64,000 nucleotides of DNA from Octopus sinensis (taxonomy: Eukaryota). How positions within the stretch are numbered: the stretch's first letter is position 1; each line of letters starts with the position of its first letter. The notes under the pieces are model-generated. The model saw only the letters and a list, made by a program, of their open reading frames with translations, was not told the DNA's origin and did no database searches. The DNA is taken from assembly GCF_006345805.1 (NCBI RefSeq), contig NC_042999.1, forward strand, positions 77,996,001-78,060,000. The letters run 5' to 3'. Position numbers and translations under genes: made by a program. This document shows positions 1 through 13,400 of the stretch, piece after piece.

Positions 1-371
1 CGGAGTGGGACGTTTAAAGTTCGAAACGCACATGAGTTGACATAGTGAATATTTTGGAAATAGAGGTTACTATCTCCAAAGCATATTTTCTCATGCACAG
101 CATGAAATCAATTGATATGGGGGTATGTAAACTATCTTCAAGTTCCATTCTGAAGGTAGTAGGCCTATATTTTAAAGTGTTCACTGCATTGCTCATGTGT
201 GAATTTAATGTAGGATTGCTGGTTTTTGAAGCTTTCGCTTTCATCTTTGGCAAGCGGTATTTTTACCCTCTTTTATTCAAATATTTAATATTATACCTAT
301 TAAGGTAGAAGTCTTGCTAACTGTCTCATTGTTGCTGTTTTTAACAGCAATAATGCTTTCATATAGTTACT

Positions 372-377
<6 letters not shown>

Positions 378-417
<40 letters not shown>
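378..417. repeat. (TA)n microsatellite
   Basis: About 20 TA units seen directly. Confidence 0.95.
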
Positions 418-423
<6 letters not shown>

Positions 424-465
424 AGAGGGATAGTGATAGAGAATTCAAATAATTTAACAAACTCA

Positions 466-678
<213 letters not shown>

Positions 679-699
679 CTACCTCCATAATAATTATGG

Positions 700-1440
700 T
701 TTCTAATTTAGGTACAAGGCCAGCAATTAATTTTGAGAAGAGAGGAATAGTCAATACCATCGACTCAGTAATTGGCCTGTATAATATTTTATTGATCCAA
801 GGGATGAATAGCAAAGTTGACCTTACTAGGCTTTGAACTCACAATGTAAAGAACCAGAACAAATATTACAAAGTATTTTTTCCAACATCAATGATTCTGC
901 CAATTCACTAGTTGAAAAAATGATTTCTGATTTTGTCACAAAGGCCATTATTTTTGAAAAGAGGAGTTAGTTGATGATATCAGCCCAGTACTTGACTGGC
1001 ACTTTTTATAGATTCTGAAAAGAGGCCAGACAAAATTAATCTAGGTGAGATTTGAACTTAGAATGTAAAGAACCAGAAGAAATTTGGCAAGGCATTTTTC
1101 ATTGCTCAAATGATTCTGCCGAATTTAGTGCCTAATAATAACTGTTTCTCACATAGGCACAATGTGTGACATAAAAAAACCCCAAAATATATAGATAAAA
1201 TAAAGTAGGGTTATTAAATTGGCCCAATACTGGACTGGTGCTTTACATTTTTGACCCTGAAAGAGTGAAAAGCAAAGTTGATCTAGGTTGGATTGAAAGC
1301 AGAATGTAAGGATCCATAGCTAAATACTACAAAGCATTCTGCTTTAAGTTCTAATGATTTTGCCAATCTATTGCCTTTATGATAATAATAATGATGGTGG
1401 TGGTGGTGGTGGTTTTTAACTGAGGCACAAAACCAAACAT
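700..1440 (-). mobile_element. Tandem cluster of 3-4 degenerate tRNA-derived SINEs (same family as 48468-48710)
   Basis: Recurring ~220-bp units: ggcacaaggcc...ccagta...ggatgaaaggcaaagttgac...tttgaactcagaatgtaaag...gattctgcc, separated by (aat)n. Confidence 0.75.
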
Positions 1441-1550
1441 TTCTTTTGAAGTGTATATCACATACAGAGGTTTGATAAATGACTTGAAATGAAGCTATAG
1501 ACCTTTGAGTCATTTATGCAGCTGTCACATGCATTGGATGTAGAAAAGTT

Positions 1551-2160
1551 ATTGACAGCCAGTGCATTATTCCATATAATATATGGTTACTACAAAGATA
1601 TGAAGCACATATTCATGAAGAGTGGTGTGTCTCAATTAAGGAAGTAAAATATCAATACATTTATATCTTCAAGAGAATAATTTTAACAATGTGCAATGAC
1701 TGCCTTAGCCGCATAAAAATGAAGAAATTAACAAATTAAACAGTGAAATGATGAAAAAACTTCCAGGAGAGACTTCTGTAAATGTTAACACTGTTACTAA
1801 TGACAAGTTGTTTGTATCCACCAGAATTTATTAATTCTCTTAATGTTAGAGATGTATTCCTTCACTTTAGTTAAAGAAATTGAAGCTCCAATAATGTTGA
1901 AAAACCTTAATCACAGAAACAGCCAATGCAAAACTACACATTATAGACTTTCATCAACAAATGACACTTAAATACAAGTAAAATAACTGGTGATGATGCA
2001 GAATGTACTTTTACAGACTTGCCATTTACTTTAAGAAGACATACATCAATTCCCTATCAGAAATGCATTTATCATGTCATGGGTAAAGCATATTAAAATG
2101 TAGCAATTATTTTCTTAAACCAGTGTCCACACATTATCAGCTGTATGCTACAATCAGCAT
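1551..2160 (+). mobile_element. Helitron RepHel relic (Rep motif plus PIF1-like helicase C-terminus)
   Basis: 1551-1676 reads IDSQCIIPYNIWLLQRYEAHIHEEWCVSIKEVKYQYIYIFK, resembling Helitron Rep IDNRWVVPYNPxLLxKYxAHINVE. Frameshifted fragments follow: NEEINKLNSEMMKKLPGE, YPPEFINSLN, APIMLKNLN, DLPFTLRR/QFPIR, PVSTHYQLYATIS. Confidence 0.85.
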
Positions 2161-4683
2161 AAAATTGACAATCTTTGCAAATCAAAATTAATTTACTACA
2201 TCAAAAGAACATTGCAAACATCCCAGTGATGAAGTATATAGAAACAGCAAAAAGTTATAAGTAACATGTATTTTGTTTTTATTTCCAATTTGTGTTATAA
2301 TCAATGCTGTTCAGTTCCAGGTCAGTCATGATTTTGATTTAGCAAACTAATATTCAAAGACATTCCATCAATGACTACTGCCTCATCTTTCTTCCAGGTT
2401 GGCACATCCAGGACTATACTGACATCCAATGTGTTTTTCTTTCTTTAAAATAGGTGTGGTAGGAGTGATTTGGCTGCTATGTCTAGCAGGACCAGCTACG
2501 GTATAGAAGTTGTTTGTTCAAGAAATGTGCACATATACACAAGCATACTTATGCATGTAAATAAATACGTATTTAGAAAATTACTGGGACAATGTCTCTT
2601 TCAAAAATTTCAGTAGTTTAAAAAATTTAACCTTGCTATACTCATGCTAATGGTTTCATCAAGACTAAAGGAACAAAAATAAATAAATAAGTTAACCTAA
2701 GTAGTATTTCAATTTAGACTGCACAGGAATGACAATACTGTCAGATGCTTAGTTTTGTGATAGCCCACAGTTTCAGTCACTCTTGCGTTGTATATTCCTT
2801 AGCTGCATTCATCTGGTAAATGATTTGATCTAAGATAGTGTGTTGAAACTAAAACAATGGTATCATGTCAGATCATACTTGACATTTAAACACACACACA
2901 TGCATGCAAATTATTTTTGCAATAATACTACATATTATGTAACAAATGAAATGGAATACAACTGTAAATAACGGTTTTAAATGGTTAATATGACTGCCAT
3001 AATGGAAGTTGTGCACTGTCTTAAATCAAGAAAGCTAAAATGATAGAATTCTAAGTTACATGCAAGGTGCTCCACCTTTACACAACCACAGTAATTTAAA
3101 AATTCTCACTCAGTTCTTTCATTTCATTAAAACTAAGGAGAGGCTTTTGAAATGCCATGTGTTCTGCTTCTTCACTATATTTATATGCCCCAGTTTGGTC
3201 ATTTAAAATTACTATATTTACACATGACCTCAAGAGAATTGTCAAATGATTTACATTACTGTCAAAATACTTCCAGAGAATGCATTATCTAATTAAAATG
3301 ATAATTTCATTAGACTCCAACATGTGCATGAAACAAAATACAATTTGAACAAAATTTCATGTTAAACTATGTCAGCATATTGTTATTTGTTAGAATGTGC
3401 AGATAAACACCCTTACTTGGTTATCTCAAAATGCTACCGATTAACAATTGTCTAACATTTTCTACAAGATGTACTACTCAACAGAGGCAGTAATTTTCCT
3501 GACTATCCAACAAAAATAAAAGATGATCTAATAGTGTTGCATTCAATCTCCTCTCCAACAGAAAATGCCAGAGGCTTGTATTTGCCAATTTCAAGCAAAG
3601 TAATTGAGTGAAACAAAATTTTAAAAATAAATAAGAAACAAACCCTGAAGTATAGTAAAAAAAAAAACAAAAAAAAAACAGGCTATTAATGCTGACAAGT
3701 GTGCAACAACAATCAAGTGAACTAAAAAGAAATTAGATTACAGATGTGTTATTGTAACTGGAATCAAAACAATTTATGATTCCATTAAAATCAAAAATGA
3801 GAACTTTAATCCACATTAGGTGAAAACAAAATAAAAATGTAGATCAACAGGAAAGATTTATTGACCTAAATCAATCAGTTTCAAATTGTACATTATTACT
3901 TAAGCTTCTTACAACAAGAACTGAAATGATCAAAAAATTGACCCAGCTTTCGTTTTCTAGGATGAATTTTTTAAAAAATCATATCCTAATTTACAAAGCT
4001 AGTCAACATATTGTTTGCACTTCAGTTACAAATCTATCTTGATCACGTAAATTTGTGACCAGCTCATCTATTTCATAGTGTATCCAGAAGTACATTACTT
4101 AATATGCCCTTCTTTTTTATATTTTACAATAGCAGAGTAAGATCCAAGGTTTGCATAGCATTTCTAAGATGTAAAGTAACCAGATAGAGGCTCCCTCACT
4201 GTGTTAGTTTATGAAAAGGAAGAAAAGTTGATAGATTTTCCAGAGAAAAGTTTTTGTTTGCAAAGGATCTATCTACGACAAATTACTCAACCTGTGCATT
4301 ACCCACTCAAAATAACTCAATAATTTTATAGTATTCTTTCTATTTAGGGTGGTGAGCTGTACTAACACAAGTTATTATTTACACTTAGATGAACTGAAAT
4401 ATTTACAATGCCTCGGCAAGAAACAGAATATAGATTGGTTTCATCATCAATATCATCATTTTGCATCCATTGGTTTATGATCCCCAAATCAGATCAGGAA
4501 AATCCTGCTATGGGTACCATATAATCCAGTACTACTTGTTTTATGGTTGGCAACAGGCCCCTCCACCCAGCTGTTCAGGACATTCTGAAGGACTAAAAGC
4601 AAGACCTGTCAAAAGACAGAAATGAGCAGCTGCACTTGATACTTAAAGGAGTGCTTTGTTTTGAACTTTTGCTATACCAGATA

Positions 4684-5486
4684 CAAGGTGCTTGAGCTAA
4701 ATTTGAAAATATTTTGTCTTAAAAAAAAAAAAGAAAAAAAAAACCCAGCTTTATGTATTGATGATCAGTCAATAGCATTAGATCATATAAAGATTAAAGT
4801 TGTAGTTGAGAAAGAGTTAACTGACATAGAGGACTGGAAGCCATCTGAATATTGGAAAACAGTTACCTGTGTCATGATTTGCACTGTCAAAATTTTTGAC
4901 ATAACTGCTGCTCAATGCTCTGTGAACACTGTAAAGGCTGTAAGACATGGCATTGGACAGCTGCAACAGACACTACTACAAAGCCACGGTCAGCAGGAAG
5001 GGACACAGTCAGTTCTTAGCTATAGAGGGTTACTGCTGGAAGGCCATTATGAGTGGCAGCAGGATTCAACTCCTTGCCATAACTCTGAAAAGAGTGAGTA
5101 GTGGTTATTGGAGAATTTCTATAACTTAACCAGCCCTAAATTCTGGCCTCCTGATATCCCTGATTGTAATGTCATTGATTAATTTATGTGGGGACTTGTT
5201 TGAGAAAAAAACATGAGCTGCTCTGCTAGCAATACCAAGGCTGAGCTGGTGGCCCAGAGGTATTCGAAGATCTTCCCAAGGACACAATGAGGAACGCATG
5301 CGCCAGTTTCCACAGCTGCTTAAAGGTTGTGTTAGAAGCTGAGGGCAGACACTTTGAGTAAGCTGTTACTTCCCAGCCATAAAGTAGTTGATATTCTTTG
5401 ATTTTTTAAAATATTTTATTTTTGGATGGGATATTATATACTCTTTTTCTTTAATGAAAACTATAAAATTTAACCTGAACACCCTG
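4684..5486 (+). mobile_element. Internally deleted Tc1/mariner-superfamily transposon, DD37D (maT-type)
   Basis: WQQDSTPCHNSEKSE*WLLENFYNLTSPKFWPPDIPDCNVID*FMWG has 37 residues between the second and third D. C-terminus ...VVLEAEGRHFE*. Degenerate TIRs caaggtgcttgagctaaattt / aaatttaacctgaacaccctg, each flanked by TA. Confidence 0.85.
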
Positions 5487-6639
5487 TATAAACTGATTAA
5501 ACACCCTTTTCTTATAAATTTAAGCAATATGCACAGTTATTTTTCTCATTTTAAAATCAGTTAACAACAGCAAAAATTGAATTAAAAATCAAAGTATAAA
5601 ATTCAGGTCATTAGTTAGCAGTTTGAAATCTGGATGGCAGAAATTTTCACACAAGCTGGAATAAATTTTCCAAGCATTAAACAATGTGATTGACAATTAA
5701 CAAAATTGCTTTTGGGAATAACATGCCATGAGAGAAGATGGATACAAATCAACATCTGAAAGTTAATTTCAATGTCAAATAGCTATAAAGGAAACCATAC
5801 TACCTATGATAATTTTATGTCTCATACATTTAAATGGTTCTCTTTTAAATGACGTCTCTGGAAAATGACCCCCAAGCATATTTGTTTTTCATTAATATTA
5901 TTTTTTTTAAAAATAGAACTCGTAAGCCAATATTTCAATAATTTTACTATGTAATACAAAACACTTGGTTATCAATTCCTTGCAATGCTTTTGCAAAATC
6001 TGTTTCTCTAAGGATTCTTTTTTTAATCTAAACTTATTCTGAGGCTGACACATTGAAAGTATAAAAAACTTAAAATCTAATCAATATCCAAAGGATGAAT
6101 ATCAATGAGATAACTAACGATGTACAAACCATTACATTATGTACTTAATGTACTAAGTTACTGACACATATCTTTTGCCTAGGTTATTGTCACATTTCTT
6201 CAAGAGATATGCAGATAAGCTATCCTCATGTTATCACAGCAGAAATCAATGTCTACTGATACTTTGCCAGTTAAAAATTTTTTTATTAACATATTTCCAT
6301 CTAGTAACAGCAAGTTCTATTTGAAATTTTGTTGAGTTTCATCTCTCTAATGGACATAACATTCCAAATGTAAAGGTAAAAGATATTACAAGATCAGTTT
6401 AAGGAAGAGATAAAACAAGAAAAAAAAGCAGAAACAACTGTTCTCTCTTACTCTACATACATACACAAACAAATCATTTGAGGAAATTAAGTGGTTTTAT
6501 GGAATGGAAAATGCCAAAATTATTCTTTTAATAATTAGTCAATAGAATAGAATGCTAGCTAAAGGAATTACATATATTAATCCAAATCATCTTACTGATG
6601 GCCTTGGCTTTTTCTGTTAAAGCCAAATTAAAAAAAAAT

Positions 6640-7163
6640 ATCAGCTGAAAGCAGTTTTGGCACAAGCTGGGCAGACACACAGACACACATCTCATACCCA
6701 AACCTTCAGTGATAATGGACTGTATCGTAACTAATCTGCACATGCTCTGATAACTCATGGATGGTGAATTGACGATTTCCCTTCACAGTTGCAATGTTTT
6801 TCTGTTCTGCTGGTTGTGGGTCTCCCAGAATGTTCATCATTATCAACATTTTTTCAGCCATCTTGGAAACGTCTGAACCGCTTATATATTTGTGTGCATC
6901 TCATACACTTCTCTTCAGACACTTTCTGCAACTTTGTGTAGGCCTCTGAGCAGGTATCACCACGACAACTTTCTCTGTCATGGTCAATGCGATGATCACA
7001 TGCTAAACACCTTCAGCTGTAAGCAGTGGCAGTGAGCTAGAACATTAAAACTTAATGTGAAGGCTCAGCAGAGTTCAAGGTCAATTTTCCCAAGCAGCTT
7101 CACACTGTGTACTTTAGCTTCATTACTATGGCAGCAGTCTGGATATTTATTGATCAGACCTTG
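6640..7163 (-). mobile_element. Mariner transposon 5' fragment (TIR plus HTH region)
   Basis: TA-caaggtctgatcaataaatatccagact TIR. Minus-strand fragments GDTCSEAYTKLQKV..CMRCTQIYKRFRRFQDG*KNVDNDEHSGRPTTS and IQSIITEGLGMR..VSAQLVPKLLS (WVPxxL-like). Confidence 0.85.
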
Positions 7164-7701
7164 TATTCTGAAGTGATTTATAATATATTCAGGTACAAAA
7201 TTAATGCAGCCTCTGGTACTGATTATCCCGGGATAAAAATTAGATTTGGAGTTTAAAATTTATGTTACTTCTAAAATTCTGATACTGTACATGCATACAC
7301 ACCACCAATATCTAATTACTAGCTTCCCACAGTTAACAAATACTTATTACCTTTGCGAGTTAAACTTGTCAGCATATCAACATAACAGATATAACAATAA
7401 TAACTACTGCAGAGTTTACTGAAACAAACTTTCAAATTGTAATACTTAGAGACTGAGGGTTTATAAAAGGTATTTCTGGAAAGCATTAGGTCAACAGATC
7501 ATGTCAATTACATGCCTGCTCCTTGTAAACACAACAGGCACTCTTACTGATCCAACAGTCTAGCAAGGTCTTCAGGTCTAACTACCATTTAATAGCCTGT
7601 ATTTTCAGTCCTTTACATATCACAAATATAAGTTTTTTGATAGCCAGGGTAAGATTGAATATGATTGCTTAGCACAAGTGCAAAAAAATATTTAGATCAT
7701 A

Positions 7702-7966
7702 CGCCGCCCTGACTGGCCTCCGTTTGTGGCCGTTGCACGTAAAAAGCACCATCCGTCCGTTGCCGTCTGCCAGCTCCGTCTGGCACCTGTGCGGGTGGCA
7801 CGTAAAAAGCACCCACTACACTCACGGAGTGGTTGACGTTAGGAAGGGCATCCAGCCGTAGAAACACTGCCAGATCAGACTGGGCCTGAAGCAGCCTTCT
7901 GGCTTCACAGACCCCAGTTGAACCGTCCAACCCATGGAAAGCAGACGTTAAATGATGATGATGATG
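7702..7966 (+). mobile_element. RTE LINE 3' end / RTE-tail retroposon
   Basis: aaaaagcacccactacactc..gagtggttgacgttaggaagggcatccagc...aaccgtccaacccatg..gacgttaaa(tga)n, matching the 3' end of the RTE at 18345-19592. Confidence 0.85.
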
Positions 7967-8158
7967 AAATATATTTTAGAGAGAAAGTGAGAAAGAGAAA
8001 GAATAAACTAATGCATACAAAAATTTAAAAAATTAAAATAAAAAGATGTGGATTTTATGTTTTAAATATATTTTTCAATTTTTGCATATTATTGAGAACT
8101 TGTAAATAACATTTTCTAAAAAAAATCTTGTGATGATATTTTAAGATAATATCAGGAC

Positions 8159-8231
<73 letters not shown>
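8159..8231. repeat. (TA)n microsatellite
   Basis: Seen directly, with one interruption. Confidence 0.95.
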
Positions 8232-8232
<1 letters not shown>

Positions 8233-9416
8233 CTTTGTTTGACCTGTGTAATCATCATTACATCATTAACATTTGATAGCATATATTAAATTCCTTGAAG
8301 AACATGTAAAGTAATTTTTAATGGTAAAAATCTGTCCTGTTTTGAATATGTATGTTGTGTCTTCAATAATGTTGATGCGAATCCTGCAATTGGGGTGGCC
8401 ATACTACTTGACTGTTGGTGTAAGAATTGTGGAAGGTAATTTAGCACTTGTGAAGATTTTTTGAGGGACTTTTATTGTCTTTTGAATACTTATTTCATTC
8501 GTATTATTTACCTTTTATTATTACCTTATTATTTACTTTTTCGTAGTGGGTCTTGTAATGTATTTATCTCCTTTGTAATGTTCAATATCCATAATAACTA
8601 TAGCACTTCCCTAAAATGTTATTGTTAATCAGTTCATAAGTCTTGTCATAATGGTGCTTGCACATAAACACTATGCAGTGCTGTGATCCAGCACCTTCAC
8701 TGTTTTTAGTGTGTGATGGAGTGCATGTGGTTAAATTGATATGATACTCAACAAATAGTCTTAAAAGCAATACCATAAATAATGTACAAGGACAAAACAA
8801 GTACCTCTCACCCAGTTTACTAGTACTGCTGCTACCCATACAACCACCTACTGCTTGGGTGCCTGTAACAGAGTAGCTCTGATCTAAGGATAATTTCCTC
8901 CTTTATTTTTTCCAAAAAGTAAAAAAAAAAAAAAAAGATCCACTTTGCTGTAATTAGGGACCATAAATGTATAGTACATTATTTTAAACATGATTGGTCG
9001 GTTTGTTGGTGTGCCATGTTTGGTTCCATTACTTTCAGACCTCTAAGCACAGACATAATCTATATTGTTTTCATGAGAGCATGTGTACATAAAAAAAGTT
9101 AGAATGTGTGCTAATGTGTCTATAGTTGTTGAAGCACACCATATATATAATAGATAGGCAGAAAGTATTAAGAATTCAAAGTACAGAGTTAATATTGAAC
9201 TAAATCAAAAGATTGGTAAGCAGGGCAAAAAGACAAAAAACAGTTTCTTGTTTGTACATAAAGTAGTTTTGTAGGGAAATATAGATGAAATAAATTTAAA
9301 AGAAAACTGTTTCACCATAAATTTGAAAATAAGTCGACAGCTACAAAGCAAAAAAAAAAAAAAAAAGAAAGAAAAACTGATTTTAACAATATGAATATTC
9401 AGCCAAGTAAACTCAC

Positions 9417-9509
9417 CTGAAGAACAAACTTTTGATCAATGAATTTTTTAGCAGAAGTTGCCACAAAGTCAGGAGATTCTAAAAACCTTAAGAAAAATTC
9501 ATAGACAAT
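9417..9509 (-). CDS. PPP2R5E: PP2A B56 internal coding exon, 93 nt, phase 0/0
   Basis: Translates [31 protein letters not shown]. Acceptor ttttttccccag|ATT and donor CAG|gtgagt. Joins in frame to the 597-467 exon. Not in the ORF track. Confidence 0.97.
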
Positions 9510-9689
9510 CTGGGGAAAAAAGAAAAAAAGAAAGGCTTTATAAGATTGGTTGATAGCTATAACAAGAGAAAGAAAGAAAAAAATTATACATATATATTAA
9601 AAAGAATTATGGAAAGAAATAACATTTACAAATAATATGAACAAGTTACAGTGAACTTCAGTGTTAAATTGAAACAGATATAAACGTAA

Positions 9690-10063
9690 GTGCAGGAATA
9701 GATTATAAGCTTACATCCCAACTATATGGTTTCAGGTATTGCACAACATTTTGGACAAGTGTCTTCTTATACAGCCCCAAGCCAGCCAAACCCTTGTGGG
9801 TTTGATAGACTGAAACTGAAAGCAGCCAGTTTGTGTATCATCATCAGTTTTAACATCTACTTTTCCTTGCTTACTTAGGCCGGAGTTTATTGAGGCAGAT
9901 TTCCTGTCACCAAATCCTCACTTGTTTCCAAGTATTATTTTACCAAGGTCAGACATGTTTTCACAGAATATTGGAAATGAATGACATTGCTTTTATGACA
10001 GTGATGCTCATTTACAAATATCATGTAATATCAAAACAAGAAAATACAAATACTCTCTCTCTT

Positions 10064-10112
<49 letters not shown>

Positions 10113-10450
10113 CTTCTTTCAGTTTCCGTCAACCAAATCCACTCACAAGGTTTTGATCAGTTCAAGCCTCTAGATGACACTTACCCAAGATGCCTTACAG
10201 TATGACTGAACCTAAAACTATGTGGTTGGGAAGTAACTTCTTAATCACACAGCCATGCTTGAATGTGTGTGTGTGTCCATCTGCCCTTTTTTTTTTTTTT
10301 TGAACAACATGTGATTGTTGTAAACAAGCACCATTGTCATACATACAGCTTTGTTCATTTCTAGTCTTCTGTAGAAAAATAACATGCGCCTGGCTATAGG
10401 TGAATATTACCTTGTTTGGAAACATATGAGGGTTGGTAACTGGAGGGGTG
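9690..10450. mobile_element. Nested SINEs: plus-strand tRNA/CORE-like SINE interrupted by a minus-strand copy
   Basis: Plus head at 9690-9830 (ttggacaagtgtcttc..gactgaaactgaaag). Minus copy at ~9837-10260 with (cat)n tail and head agacacttacccaagatgcc..gactgaacc..cacacagcc. The plus body resumes at ~10305-10450. Confidence 0.65.
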
Positions 10451-13400
10451 ATGTAAGATAATAAAAGAAGATAACTACTGTATGGGGAGTGTAATGGAGC
10501 TTGGAACTATATGATAAATCCTTCTAGACTACATGGTTATATCTGCACTCCTGTGGTTAACCACAAGCAAATATGTGTAAATGCACAGATATGTGTTCCT
10601 GCATGCTTACACACACAAGTATGGAGGAAGTTGTAGCTACAAATCACAATGCATGTGAATATTTGTGAAGATTACGTGAAGATTATGATGTGCAGTGTAG
10701 AATGATTGAGTGAGAGAAAGAGAGAGGGTGAGAGAGTGGGGAGGAGGTTATATCTAACCTAAAATAACTGAAAACTTGAAACTGCTGGTCATTGGAGATT
10801 GTCTTTTTTTTAACACTTCCTTGGTGAGAGATATGTTTGAAGCAAAACATTCTCTACAAAGAGCAAAAATCACACCTCCTTTATATTGTATATATCAGAG
10901 GTTGACTTTTTCCCATTTACTGTCAATGCAGAAACTTAATGCAGTAGCCTCAAGTAGTTTATATGAATATTTATAGTGAACTTTAGTAAAAAGACACTTA
11001 GCTGAAGACTAGCAATGAGATATACTGTGGAATATGTACAAGTCTCTTGATAACAACAAGTATGTGTTATGGGAATTGAATACAGCTCCACTCATTGACC
11101 ATTTTCATTTCAGCAGAGAATACCCAGACTAACACAACCATACATACACTTTCCGCAAGAATTTGAGTTACATACACATTCATACAAACACACACATATC
11201 TATATACATAGCAAGCAAGTAAGCAAACACACAAACAAATATTGAGTCAGTTGAATGAGTGAGATGTGCTCAATATATGTTGCAGAGTATCTTGGTTAAC
11301 TGAAGCTGAATTTTTGTCTAGTTACTCAAGTTTCATGCCTCTGTGATCTTTAGGTGAGAACTGTTGCCAACTTGGTTCTTATAGCATATTTATAATCATT
11401 GGTTTGACTGTGGTCTTGTTTTGCATTTGCTAATTGGCTGTTATTGCTCTACTACTTCATGGATCATTTTTGTTTTTATGAGGGTGTGTGTTTCTAATTT
11501 GCATATCCTAGATTTAGCTATGATTGTTCTTTTGTGAGTTGTTGAATTTAACTGAAACTAATTAAGGACAGTTCTTTTGTAAAACTTAGTTTATGGCTTG
11601 CTGTGGCTGTTAGAAAGTATGTATTTATTTCAATGGTAGTGTGTGTGTGTGTGTGTGCCCGCGCGCACATGCATGCACGCACGCCAACAGCTGGAATTTG
11701 TATATTTGTCGATGTTTGTCAAGTTGATTGGTTATGGCTACAATAAATGGGATTGTGTGTGTGCACATATGTACATAAATGCGTAACAAATATATACAAA
11801 TGTATAATTATATACGTGTGTGTGTATGTATATCTATATAAACAGATATAAATGTTGGTTGGTTGATTTTTCCAGTCATGCTTTACATAGTATAAAGAGA
11901 GAGCGCCTGTCCTTATTCTGACAACTGCTCTTTCAAAACATTCTCTACTGCAGTTAATTAGGTTACTTAAGTAACAGAAGCTATCTCTAGGGAACCTCAC
12001 AAGCAACTGAGAGCATCTATTTCCCATGTGTTTATTACTCCTGCTTATCTGCCACATATAAAATGTCTTCTGTTGACCTGCTTATGATTTCACTGCACCT
12101 TTTGTGTAACCACAGCTTGCACTGGGTACACCTTAGGGAATTCTCCCTGCCCCTACACTCCTCACACTCCCTCTTCACCACAGCTTTCATGTACATTTCT
12201 GCTGAATTCACCCCCCTCCTTGTTGACTGCTATGGCTTAAGAATTTCAAAATATTTGGTCTCCAGCTCTACCAATCATACTCTAGGTAGTTGAATTAGAA
12301 GTATTCAGTCAACTGAACAGGATTACCATTATATTGCATTATTTTTAAGATATGTACATCCTCTTGTCTTTTAATAACGAAATTTTTCTAAGAGACATAC
12401 AACAAAATAGGACAGTATTAAAAATATATAAAAACAGAAATGCAACAAAACTATAGAAAAATTTTTAATTTTAAGTCTCATTTAAATCTGACCCCCCACC
12501 CCACCCCTGCATGCATGCACATGCAAACACACAAAATAAGGAGATAGATATTGCTGGCTTAACATCTGTTTTTCTATGCTAGCATGTACTGGGGAAATAC
12601 AAAAACATGAACATACAAACTTTAATGCAAAGAAGCATATAAAAAATATTTACTGGAATAGAATGAAAAATTTTTCAATAGTGTTACTTTGGAAAGCAAG
12701 AACAATGTGCAAGCAGTTGGTCGATTCAATTGATACAGAATTGAAATGGGAAAACATACCTCAAAACCAAACTAGATAATTAGTTTAATTTTAGACAAAG
12801 ATTTACATGACAGAAATAGAGAAGAAAGGAAGAAATAGATGTAATGACTTAGCTCTAAGCAAAATGCTCAATTAAATTGCTTAACAACTAAGCTATATGA
12901 ATACTGTTTGCTTGTGAGATGATTCATTCAATTAGCACATAAAATTTTGATAGCCAAAATTTGCAGGAGCTGTTCTGACCTAATTACCTAACATTTGCGA
13001 TTGTCTCTTCAAATCAATTGATTTAAAGATAAACAAAATCCACCCACTTTTCTTTGGACAGAGGACATTAAAACCGAAAATTATAAATGTTGAGTATTAC
13101 TATAAATTATGAATAAAATATTACACCTTTTCATGAGGGGACTGCAACAAACTGTTGCCTAGAGCAGTATCTTTACCAATTCTGATACAATTTGCTATTT
13201 AAGTAGCTATGATGTACTAGTGCTGTTCTAAAAATATAACAAAAGTTTATATACTGGTTGTCTATTAGTAGACAACAAGGAGTGGAAGTAATTTCATTCC
13301 AAATAATGTGACAAAATTGCATTGTAATTCAAAGGAACTTTTGAATTTTCTTTTAAAAAGTCAAGACTTAAAGATTAAGTAGAAAGCTTTATGCTTGAAG

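Noticed and set aside
1-370. ORFs 14-253 and 45-308 and a cgaaacgc motif at the window edge
   Set aside because: No recognisable protein. Possibly a repeat end, but the 5' part is outside the window and cannot be assessed.
8812-8862. Possible 51-nt minus-strand poison exon (ttacag|GCA..TGG|gtgaga) with an in-frame TAG
   Set aside because: Weak pyrimidine tract and no independent support.
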